Of a stretch of 64,000 bases of DNA, positions 37,956-46,115 are shown one piece after another. How positions within the stretch are numbered: the stretch's first letter is position 1; each line of letters starts with the position of its first letter. A model generated the notes under the pieces. The model was not told the DNA's origin and ran no database searches. It saw nothing but the letters and a program-made list of their open reading frames with translations. Both the position numbers and the translations under genes were made by a program. This DNA is from an uncultured Bdellovibrionales bacterium (GTDB taxonomy: Bacteria; Patescibacteriota; Minisyncoccia; Moranbacterales; UBA1568): NCBI GenBank assembly GCA_964530135.1, contig CAZGXN010000004.1, positions 15,983 through 79,982 of the forward strand, read 5' to 3'.

Positions 37956-37999
37956 GCCCCAATGGATTCATTTTCCGCTGGGGCTTCTTCTTTTCTATT
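37956..37999. terminator. intrinsic terminator (copy 2), probably bidirectional
   Basis: GCCCCAATGG…CCGCTGGGGC hairpin followed by TTCTTCTTTTCT. It overlaps the stop of the convergent minus-strand gene at 37998. Confidence 0.4.
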
Positions 38000-39398
38000 A
38001 AAAGTGATCGCGGAGCTCGCTTGGAAGCGATGTGTGATAGAGTGACAGGAATCCGCCAATGACGACGGCAAGTATCCATTGGACGGGTGTATTTTTGAAG
38101 ACATTATCAGAGAAACTCGCGATTATCAGGGTGAGCAAAAGAAGGAGCAAAAGTGTGGCCATATTTTTCAGACTGTGACTGGGAGTGAGGCGGCGTACAT
38201 TGATCACAGGAAAGGCCAAAGTCAGGAGGTAGAACACAAAGACGGACAATCCCACGATACCTCCATCGACATAGAATTTCACAAAGTCATTGTGTGATTC
38301 ATTGGAGCCAAATCGTCCACCTCGCAGTTGTTCGGCAGAAACGCGGAAAGTATCTACACCGCTTCCGAGCCACACTCTTTCCTCGAGATTGGTCTTGAGT
38401 ATCATGTCATGCCAGAGGTTTTGTCGCCAGACGATTGAAGAGTCGGGAGTCGGATGGAATGCCTCGCTGACGCGCTCATTCACGGCGGGGATAAATGTCA
38501 TGAGAACAATCGGGAGGAGGATGAGTGGCAAGAGGAGGAAGCGATAGCGCCAGATGGCAATGAGTGTCGCGAAAACAAAGAACGCAATCCAAGCAATGCG
38601 GGCATATGTGAGGATAAGCGTGATGAGTACGAGTCCAAGATAGAGACTTGTTAAGAGGCGGGCCTGGTCTTTTCGGGCATAGACTAGGAGGTAGATACTG
38701 GCGACTGCAGCGACAGTGAACAGGTAGAGACTGAAGACATTTGGGTGGCTAAAAGTGCCAAAGATACGGATGGCTGAAACATTTTCATCAACGAGACCAA
38801 TCCCAAAGAGGAACTGATAGAGTCCGAAGACTATCGGAAGGAGGCTGGATATGAAAATTGCTCTGAGCAAGGTGCGATAGTCGCGATAGCGTTCAACTGA
38901 AGCGTATGCGATGAAGCCGATACTGAAGAGATCAAAGATCCGGAGTACTTCTTGGGCGGATGAGGTTGGATCGATAGAGTAGGTGAGTGTGCTGAGTCCC
39001 CAGAAAATGAGGAGGCCGTACGGTAAGAGGAGTGGGTAACGACCCAGTGGTCGCAGATGAAAGAGAACAAAGAGCATACCCAGGCCCGCAATGCCGAGAC
39101 CGAGGATCTGGGAAAGGGAAACGACACGATCGAAAAGTGAGAAAGTGATGAATTGCGAGGAGTAGTCGAGTGACATGCGGATGACAATGAGCGTAGCGAG
39201 CAGGAAGAGGGGATTGTGGAAAAGACCGATGACCGCTGCGACACTCAGCAAAGCAATAACCGGCAGGAAAAGCGAGACGCCGACCAGAGCGGCGCAAAAC
39301 ATCAGGACAAAGAAAACAGTACCTGCAATGAGATAGGTGCGAGGGTCAGTCCAGAATGATTGTTCGGGGATGGTAGGGATTACTCGGGTTGTTTCCAT
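37998..39398 (-). CDS. O-antigen ligase/polymerase-like membrane protein (Wzy_C family)
   Basis: 466 aa with more than 10 TM helices and a periplasmic loop carrying SHNDFVKFYVDGGIVGL, the H-N-x(n)-E/D-x-G pattern of WaaL/Wzy_C. Confidence 0.55.
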   Translation of the reverse strand: METTRVIPTIPEQSFWTDPRTYLIAGTVFFVLMFCAALVGVSLFLPVIALLSVAAVIGLFHNPLFLLATLIVIRMSLDYSSQFITFSLFDRVVSLSQILGLGIAGLGMLFVLFHLRPLGRYPLLLPYGLLIFWGLSTLTYSIDPTSSAQEVLRIFDLFSIGFIAYASVERYRDYRTLLRAIFISSLLPIVFGLYQFLFGIGLVDENVSAIRIFGTFSHPNVFSLYLFTVAAVASIYLLVYARKDQARLLTSLYLGLVLITLILTYARIAWIAFFVFATLIAIWRYRFLLLPLILLPIVLMTFIPAVNERVSEAFHPTPDSSIVWRQNLWHDMILKTNLEERVWLGSGVDTFRVSAEQLRGGRFGSNESHNDFVKFYVDGGIVGLSVFVFYLLTLAFPVINVRRLTPSHSLKNMATLLLLLLLTLIIASFSDNVFKNTPVQWILAVVIGGFLSLYHTSLPSELRDHF

Positions 39399-40039
39399 AT
39401 AAGAGTGAAGGTCATAGTCCAGCCGAGAAAACGGTTGCGGATAATTTCAAATTCTTTCACGCCGGCGGTGATGGCCAAGGAACGCAGTTCGTGTTCTGAG
39501 AGGAGGTGCATATAGTCTCCAGCAGCCCAGCTTTTACCGAGTATTGTTAGGATACGGTCAAAGGCTGGTTTTGAAAGCAGGAGGTGAAGAAGTGGGATGC
39601 GCGTATGGACTTCGATGGGGAAGAGTCGATTTGGCGTGGTAATATATCCACGTTTTCCGACACGGTACAGTTCGCGAAGAAAGGCAATCTGTTTGTCTCG
39701 CGGGCCTACATGTTCAATAACAGCATTGGAATAGGCGATGTCAAAGGCGTGATCGGCAAAGGGAAGTCGAGTACCGTCGCTGGTGATTGTTGTGACAGCT
39801 GGATACCGGCGCTTGAATTCAGTGAAATCCGTTTCCACTCCGACGGCGGTGATGTTTTCTGGGTGCACATAATGCCGTTCGAGAAAATTGTCGGATTCGG
39901 AGTACTCGAGGGTATTGACGCCAACATCGATAATGCGATCCGTTGGCCCGGGGGTCATAAGCACGAGAAATTGTGTCCATTTTTTGGTTCGGCTTCTTTT
40001 CGAGATATTGTCAGCGAGTGTTTCAGTGAGACGAGCCAT
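39380..40039 (-). CDS. class I SAM-dependent methyltransferase
   Basis: Motif I IIDVGVNTLEYSE and post-I acidic residue. AFDIAYSNAVIEHV (Methyltransf_11/23-like). Start taken at MARLTETLAD. Confidence 0.6.
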   Translation of the reverse strand: MARLTETLADNISKRSRTKKWTQFLVLMTPGPTDRIIDVGVNTLEYSESDNFLERHYVHPENITAVGVETDFTEFKRRYPAVTTITSDGTRLPFADHAFDIAYSNAVIEHVGPRDKQIAFLRELYRVGKRGYITTPNRLFPIEVHTRIPLLHLLLSKPAFDRILTILGKSWAAGDYMHLLSEHELRSLAITAGVKEFEIIRNRFLGWTMTFTLIWKQPE

Positions 40040-40079
40040 AGGGATTATGAGGGAGAGGGAAAACGAGTATACTGAATCT

Positions 40080-41270
40080 ATGCGTGTGCTGCTTATCAAC
40101 AAATTTCATTATCAGAAGGGTGGCGCCGAACGAGCCTATTTTGATACTGCTCATATTTTAGCAGAAAAAGGCCACTCAGTCGCTTTTTTCTCGATGCAAC
40201 ATCCAAATAATCTCAATACCCCCTGGAGCCAATTTTTTGTCTCTTCAGTCGACTATCATGATGCGGATGCTGGATTTTGGTCGAAACTTCGGGCAGCTGG
40301 CCGCATTCTCTGGAATCACGAAGCCGCGAAAAAACTCGAAGTACTCATTGAGACATTCAAGCCTGAGGTCGCTCACCTTCATAACATCTATCATCAGCTC
40401 TCACCATCGATCATTTGGATGTTGCGAAAACACCGAGTGCGGATTGTGATGACACTCCATGATTATAAGCTCATCTCGCCGAATTATAGTCTCTTGGTTC
40501 GGGGAAAAATTTGGGATCATACGAGCGGACTTTTAGCGATAGTTGATCGGGCGGTTCAGGATTCCTATCTGAAGAGCTTGGTATGTGCAATTGAAAAATG
40601 GTTTCATGCTTTGATTGGTAGTTTTGGAAAGGTTGACGCTTTCATCGCCCCATCTCGTTTCCTGATTGAAAAATTTCATACGGCTGGTTTCCCATATCCA
40701 ATTTTGCACGTCGTCCAACCGATTCAACCATTTCCAGTTGTACCGGAAAATTCAAGCGGAGCATATTTCCTCTACATTGGCCGTTTGTCGAAAGAAAAAG
40801 GAGTAGCGACACTCATTGATGCCTGGGAATTACTCCAAGGTGCGGCAATGCTCAAGATCATCGGATCTGGTCCTGAAGAGTCAGTTCTCCGTAAACGGGC
40901 AAAAAGTATCCCAGGGATTGAATTCTTGGGTTATCAGACGGGCGAGGTCTGGGAACAGGTGCTTCAGGGATCCAGGGCGCTTATCATACCATCGATCTGG
41001 TATGAGAATATGCCGTATGTCGTTCTCGAAGCGCTCTCGCGTGGAAAGCCTGTCATTGCCACTCGGCTCGGAGGTATACCGGAACGGATTCGCGAGGGTG
41101 AAAATGGCTGGCTCTTTGAAGCTGGACAACCCAAAGATCTCGCCCGGGCGATACACAAATGTCTTCTTTATCCGGATCCAAATCAACTCGCAGTAACTGC
41201 GTATGACAGCGTCGCGGATGCTCAGCCAGAGGCATACTATACAGCCCTCATGAAAGTCTATCAAGCTTGA
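40080..41270 (+). CDS. glycosyltransferase family 4
   Basis: GRLSKEKGV and ENMPYVVLEALSRGKPVIATRLGGIPE (EX7E). Start at MRVLLINKF. It is divergent from the methyltransferase. Confidence 0.8.
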   Translation: MRVLLINKFHYQKGGAERAYFDTAHILAEKGHSVAFFSMQHPNNLNTPWSQFFVSSVDYHDADAGFWSKLRAAGRILWNHEAAKKLEVLIETFKPEVAHLHNIYHQLSPSIIWMLRKHRVRIVMTLHDYKLISPNYSLLVRGKIWDHTSGLLAIVDRAVQDSYLKSLVCAIEKWFHALIGSFGKVDAFIAPSRFLIEKFHTAGFPYPILHVVQPIQPFPVVPENSSGAYFLYIGRLSKEKGVATLIDAWELLQGAAMLKIIGSGPEESVLRKRAKSIPGIEFLGYQTGEVWEQVLQGSRALIIPSIWYENMPYVVLEALSRGKPVIATRLGGIPERIREGENGWLFEAGQPKDLARAIHKCLLYPDPNQLAVTAYDSVADAQPEAYYTALMKVYQA

Positions 41271-41421
41271 ACCAGGGGGATACAGAGAATGATTCCCCAA
41301 CGCAGTAAGTGAGACAAAGACCCGCTCTTATTCCGAGTACAGGGCTGGCAAAACCAGACACCATATAAATACTTTGGATAGTGCGTTTCTGAGCCCCGAG
41401 ATTGTTCGGGGTGAATACTGG

Positions 41422-43533
41422 TTATCTTTTTGCGATTCGGATACGCGCATCGAGCACGCGAAAGGCATCACCTTCAGGGAAAGCCAGAAGAGGATTGATA
41501 TCGAGCTCTTCGATTTCGGGGAAATCAGTAGCGACTTGTGAGAGTCGGGCGATGGTGGCCTTTAATCGGTCGAGATCAATACCAGTCTCACCTCTCGTCC
41601 CAAGGAGGAGCGGGAGGCTTTTGAGCTCATCGAGCATTTCGGTAATATCAGATGGAAAAAGTGGTGCGAAACGCAGTGCGATATCTTTGAGAGTTTCGAC
41701 ATAGATGCCACCCAGTCCAACGACAACCAGTGTCCCAAGACCTGGTTCTTTTTTCAGTCCAAGCAAGAGTTCACGCCCACCTGCGGCGGCCATCTCAACT
41801 GCATGCGCACCTTCAATTCGTGCCTCGGGGGCATGAATTTTTACGGTAGCCATAAGGTGCTCATACGCGACATCAGCTTCTTCGGGTTTGATACTGAGGA
41901 GAACGCCGCCAACATCAGATTTATGGATAATATCTGGGGAAACAATCTTCAATGCGATCGGCTTTTTGATTTTTGCCGCAAATGCCTGCGCCTCTTTGCG
42001 TGTTGTAACCAGCGCGCTCTCGAGAAAGGGAAATCCATAGCTCGCCAGAAATTCAGCGGACTCGCGTTCGTTGAGCTGAGTCCGCCCATCAGCCGTCGCC
42101 TGCGAGAGTATGCGACGCGCCTGATCAGTGTCGACCGTGAAGGTCAGTGGGGATTCGGTGCGCCGAGTGCGTTGCCATTCACCAAATTGGGCAAGCACAC
42201 CCAGTGAGCGAGCGCCCGATTCGGGGTACAGCAGATTAGGGAGGCCGGCTTTCTGGAGTATCTGGTGGCTTTCCCGAACGAGCGCGGCACCAGAAAAAAC
42301 AGTCACAATCGGGAGCGTTGGGTAGAGGGCTCGGAGTTTTACAATTTCCTGGGCAGTTTTTTCTGTTTCCGTCATGGTTTGGGGTGTGAGGATAACGAGG
42401 AGAAGATCAACGCCATCATCCGTCGCAATGATTTTGAGGGCGGCAGCATAGCGTGCCGCGAGGGCATCGCCGAGGACATCAACCGGGTTATGCGTATTCG
42501 CGGCTGGCGGGAGGATGGTCTGGAGTTGCTGTTGGGTTGCATCGCTTAACGTTGCGAGCTCGAGACCACTTTCGATGGCAGCATCGGTCGCGAGGACACC
42601 GAGACCGCCGGCATTCGTTACGATTGCCAGACGCTTGCCCCGGGGAATGGGATTTTGATTGAGAACGAGGAGGAGCTCCATGAGTGTCTCAAAATTTTCT
42701 GCTCGAAACATGCGGGCTTGTTTGAACAGTGCAGTATAGGCAGCATCACTGCCGGCAACCGCACCAGTGTGTGAACTTGAAGCAGTTGTTCCAGCGGCAG
42801 TGGTTCCGGACTTCAGCACTACAATTGGTTTAGAGTGTTGAGCACTGAGATTATTGCGCCCGAGAGTAACAAAGCGTTCGGCATCAGTGAGGCTTTCAGT
42901 GTACATCCCGATCGTTTTTGTCTGTTCATCTTTGAAAAAGTACTCGAGGAGTGCGTGTTCACCAATCATCGCTTTATTACCGATGGATGCAAAGAGTGAA
43001 AACCCGAGCTTCCCATGAGTGAGGTCGAGAAAAGCGCTGGTCAGGGCACCGCTTTGAGAAAAAAAGGCGATTGATCCGGCTATGGGGAGCGATGAAGCAA
43101 AGGAGGCATTGAGAAAATGGCGTGGATTGATGAAGCCGAGGCAATTGGGGCCGAGGAGGGTGATATGAAACTCCTTGGCAATCGCGACAATCTCTGCCTC
43201 GAGAGCTTGGCCCGCTGGCCCACTTTCTTTGAATCCCGCGCTGATAATAACAGCGGCTCGGATCATGCGTTCACCGACTTCGCGGAGGACAGCGGGGACG
43301 ATAGCGGCGGGGACGATGATCAGGGCGAGATCAATTGATCCAGGGACAGCATCAATAGAGGGATAGCAGGGCCGCCCCAAAAGTGTTGTGGTTTTGGGGT
43401 TGATGAGATGAAGTGTACCGGAGAAATCACTTTCAACGAGGTTTTTGGCGATATCATTTCCCACACTGCCAGGGGTGGTCGAAGCACCGATCACCGCAAT
43501 GGATTGGGGAGCGAAAAGACTTTGGAGGGACAT
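41422..43533 (-). CDS. ADP-forming acyl-/acetyl-CoA synthetase (fused alpha-beta, NDP-forming)
   Basis: N-terminal CoA-binding Rossmann domain (SIAVIGASTTPGSVGNDI…). A succinyl-CoA-synthetase-like ligase domain follows. The C-terminal ATP-grasp domain shows IIHKSDVGGVLLSI. Start taken at MSLQSLF (43533). Confidence 0.65.
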   Translation of the reverse strand: MSLQSLFAPQSIAVIGASTTPGSVGNDIAKNLVESDFSGTLHLINPKTTTLLGRPCYPSIDAVPGSIDLALIIVPAAIVPAVLREVGERMIRAAVIISAGFKESGPAGQALEAEIVAIAKEFHITLLGPNCLGFINPRHFLNASFASSLPIAGSIAFFSQSGALTSAFLDLTHGKLGFSLFASIGNKAMIGEHALLEYFFKDEQTKTIGMYTESLTDAERFVTLGRNNLSAQHSKPIVVLKSGTTAAGTTASSSHTGAVAGSDAAYTALFKQARMFRAENFETLMELLLVLNQNPIPRGKRLAIVTNAGGLGVLATDAAIESGLELATLSDATQQQLQTILPPAANTHNPVDVLGDALAARYAAALKIIATDDGVDLLLVILTPQTMTETEKTAQEIVKLRALYPTLPIVTVFSGAALVRESHQILQKAGLPNLLYPESGARSLGVLAQFGEWQRTRRTESPLTFTVDTDQARRILSQATADGRTQLNERESAEFLASYGFPFLESALVTTRKEAQAFAAKIKKPIALKIVSPDIIHKSDVGGVLLSIKPEEADVAYEHLMATVKIHAPEARIEGAHAVEMAAAGGRELLLGLKKEPGLGTLVVVGLGGIYVETLKDIALRFAPLFPSDITEMLDELKSLPLLLGTRGETGIDLDRLKATIARLSQVATDFPEIEELDINPLLAFPEGDAFRVLDARIRIAKR

Positions 43534-43751
43534 GTGAGTGTTTCTTTCTCTCTCATAGTAGCCGACTGGCATTGAATTGACAAAAGGGATGTTGGATACA
43601 TTCTCTATATAACATGGATAACCCGCATAATACCGATTGACTGTATTGGTACCTGTGGCGGGCGTAGGGGAGTTCGTGAGCCCGTTCTTTATCCACTGTA
43701 AAGGGAAGAAAAAAAATTCTATTTTTGGCTTCCAGAGGCGATAGAAAGCCA

Positions 43752-43780
43752 TTGACAGAAAGCTGATTCTTTGCTACTGT
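43752..43780 (+). promoter_or_regulatory. sigma70 promoter TTGACA-17-TACTGT
   Basis: TTGACA at 43752-57 and TACTGT at 43775-80. The extended sequence ATTGACAgAAAGC…TTTGCTACTgT closely resembles the promoter at 30543. Confidence 0.5.
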
Positions 43781-43812
43781 GTTTTGTTAACCATTGGCAC
43801 AAGGTAGGCGCT

Positions 43813-44982
43813 ATGAAGATTGCTTTTATCGGACAAAAAGGCATTCCAACCCATTCTGGAGGGGTCGAAAAGCATGTTGAGAAGCTGGCTACCCGCTTGG
43901 TGCAGCTTGGTCATGAAGTGAGTGTCTATACGCGGCCGCATTACACACCGAAAACAATGACAATGTTTCGTGGTGTTCGACTTGTTTCATTGCCGTCGAT
44001 TGCGACAAAACATCTCGATGCTATTACCCATACACTCGTCGCTACGCTGCACGCGCTTTTTCAGGACTATGATGTTATTCATTATCACTCCATCGGACCA
44101 TCTATACTCTCAATACTGCCGCGTATTTTGAAACCGCGGACACGCGTTATATCAACTTTCCATAGCCGTGACTATTTTCATAAGAAGTGGGGGGTTGTTG
44201 CCCGGAACTTTCTCAAGGCTGCTGAATTTTTCACCTGCAAAGTTCCAGAACGAACCATCACTGTGAGTCAGGAATTGGCACAGTATGCAAAGGATTTCTA
44301 TAGTTGTGATGCAGTCTATATCCCGAATGGTGCTGAGGTAGAAATGGAAGCTTCGGCTGAAATGCTTGCCGTATGGGGACTTCGACCTGGCCGCTATACA
44401 CTTTCGGTCTCACGTCTGGTTGGACACAAAGGGATCCAGTATCTCATCAAAGCATTTATAGAACTTGAGGATACGAATCGTCTGCCCAATAATTATAAAT
44501 TGGTTATTGTCGGAGCTTCGGCCAATACGCCGGAGTATGAGCAGTACCTGCGGGCGATGGCTGTGGGTCGGGCAAATATTCTTTTTCTTGGTGAACAACA
44601 GGGCAAATCACTCGCAGCACTGTTTGCATTCGCCGGACTCTTTGTGCAGCCATCGGAAAATGAGGGGATGTCAATGGCGCTGCTCGAGGCGATGGCCTAC
44701 AGCCTCCCGGTTGTCGTGTCTGATATCGCGCCAAATATTGAGGTCGTCCGCGGTGGTTATGGGGCAGTTTTCCCTGTGAAAAATGTTGCGGCGTTGAAAC
44801 AAGAAATGGCCCATTACATCAATCGGCCAGATGAGGCGCAGCGTCTCGGAGCACTGGCTAAGGAACGAATCGATGATGCGTTTAGCTGGGATGCTATCGC
44901 GCGTCGGACGGTGGAAGTGTATCAGGAAACGATCGCTGCGCGGGCGCATGAATATCAATGGACTACAAAACATGTCGCGTAA
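43813..44982 (+). CDS. glycosyltransferase family 4
   Basis: MKIAFIGQKGIPTHSGGVEKHV N-terminus and EGMSMALLEAMAYSLPVVVSD (EX7E). Confidence 0.75.
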   Translation: MKIAFIGQKGIPTHSGGVEKHVEKLATRLVQLGHEVSVYTRPHYTPKTMTMFRGVRLVSLPSIATKHLDAITHTLVATLHALFQDYDVIHYHSIGPSILSILPRILKPRTRVISTFHSRDYFHKKWGVVARNFLKAAEFFTCKVPERTITVSQELAQYAKDFYSCDAVYIPNGAEVEMEASAEMLAVWGLRPGRYTLSVSRLVGHKGIQYLIKAFIELEDTNRLPNNYKLVIVGASANTPEYEQYLRAMAVGRANILFLGEQQGKSLAALFAFAGLFVQPSENEGMSMALLEAMAYSLPVVVSDIAPNIEVVRGGYGAVFPVKNVAALKQEMAHYINRPDEAQRLGALAKERIDDAFSWDAIARRTVEVYQETIAARAHEYQWTTKHVA

Positions 44983-46090
44983 CTTTTCAGTCAAACTTTT
45001 TTGGGGAGTATTTATACCGCTTCTGTTTGTAGCGGGATTGTTTTGGTTGGATGAATTGCCCATGTATCGCAGCGAGATGTCGATCCTCGCATTGCCCAAG
45101 ACCGGAGTCGCTATAGGTGCTGCAAATAATCTGGTCGCATTGGCGCAAGAGGTATCTTTCGTTTCAACTCTCTCTCTCGCAAATGAGACGGCTGTGGGTT
45201 CGCGCGTGGGAAAGGCTGGGATCGAGAAAAAATTCATGTGGCCGGACACCGTGGATATCCGGACGGTCGGTCGAAGTGATGTTATCCGGATTGCCTCAGT
45301 TGGCAATAGTCAGATCGAAGCGCTCGGGAGAACTCGGGCGACAGCGGTGGAGATCGTTCGGATAGCGAGTCGGTATTACAATCAGAAGACGGATCTTGAA
45401 ATCCGGATTGTTGGAGAGGCGACTGTTCGACTCAATATGACAGTGTGGCCGTATTTTATCCTGTACAGTCTCGTAACAGCTCTGTTATTCACAACCCTCT
45501 TTTTTGTTGTTCACTCGGTGGTTGAGCGTCTGTCATCGCCGATGCGCTGGCAGCACTCGGGTCCGGGTGAATACATCATTACACCAGAGACATTCAAACC
45601 GCGCATCCCAGCTTACTGGGGTGGCGAGGATCAATCATCACCATCTGAACGACCACTCTCTGAATCGGACTCGCAGACCAAAACAGCTGAAGTGATTGAA
45701 GGCGGTGTGCAGTTTCATGACTGGCCAGATGGGGCAGATGGACCGGTGGACGCAACAACCGAAGATGCTATCGTTCCTGAAGAGTGGGATACTCTGAGTT
45801 TTTCGGATGGAGAGAGTCCTGACGAATCAGCGGGAGTAAATTCGGTAGAGAGGGTCGTGCAAGCTGAAGCGCCGGACAACCTTCCTATTGTGGATAGGCC
45901 ACTCACCCCACTGCAGGGTGCTCAAGCTCGATTGATGAAGATGGATATCGATGCAACAGCAGCAGCACACGAAGCATTCAGTGAATCTATCCTTGAGGAG
46001 GTGAAAGAGGAAGTGAAACCACAAACTCATGAGCCGACACCGGAAGAGTATCGCCGTCGTTTGAATGAACTTTTGTCTGGTAAGATGTAA
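44972..46090 (+). CDS. Wzz-like bitopic membrane protein with long acidic C-terminal tail
   Basis: TM helix at the N-terminus and a second TM around residue 190 (YFILYSLVTALLFTTLFFVV). The C-terminal 150 aa are D/E/P/S-rich and low complexity. The gene overlaps the glycosyltransferase stop by 11 nt. Confidence 0.4.
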   Translation: MSRNFSVKLFWGVFIPLLFVAGLFWLDELPMYRSEMSILALPKTGVAIGAANNLVALAQEVSFVSTLSLANETAVGSRVGKAGIEKKFMWPDTVDIRTVGRSDVIRIASVGNSQIEALGRTRATAVEIVRIASRYYNQKTDLEIRIVGEATVRLNMTVWPYFILYSLVTALLFTTLFFVVHSVVERLSSPMRWQHSGPGEYIITPETFKPRIPAYWGGEDQSSPSERPLSESDSQTKTAEVIEGGVQFHDWPDGADGPVDATTEDAIVPEEWDTLSFSDGESPDESAGVNSVERVVQAEAPDNLPIVDRPLTPLQGAQARLMKMDIDATAAAHEAFSESILEEVKEEVKPQTHEPTPEEYRRRLNELLSGKM

Positions 46091-46115
46091 GTATCCGCTC
46101 GTTTTTCAAATCACC

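Noticed and set aside
44671-45306. 211-aa minus-strand ORF spanning the GT4 / Wzz-like junction
   Set aside because: It overlaps two well-supported plus-strand genes and has no motif or SD.
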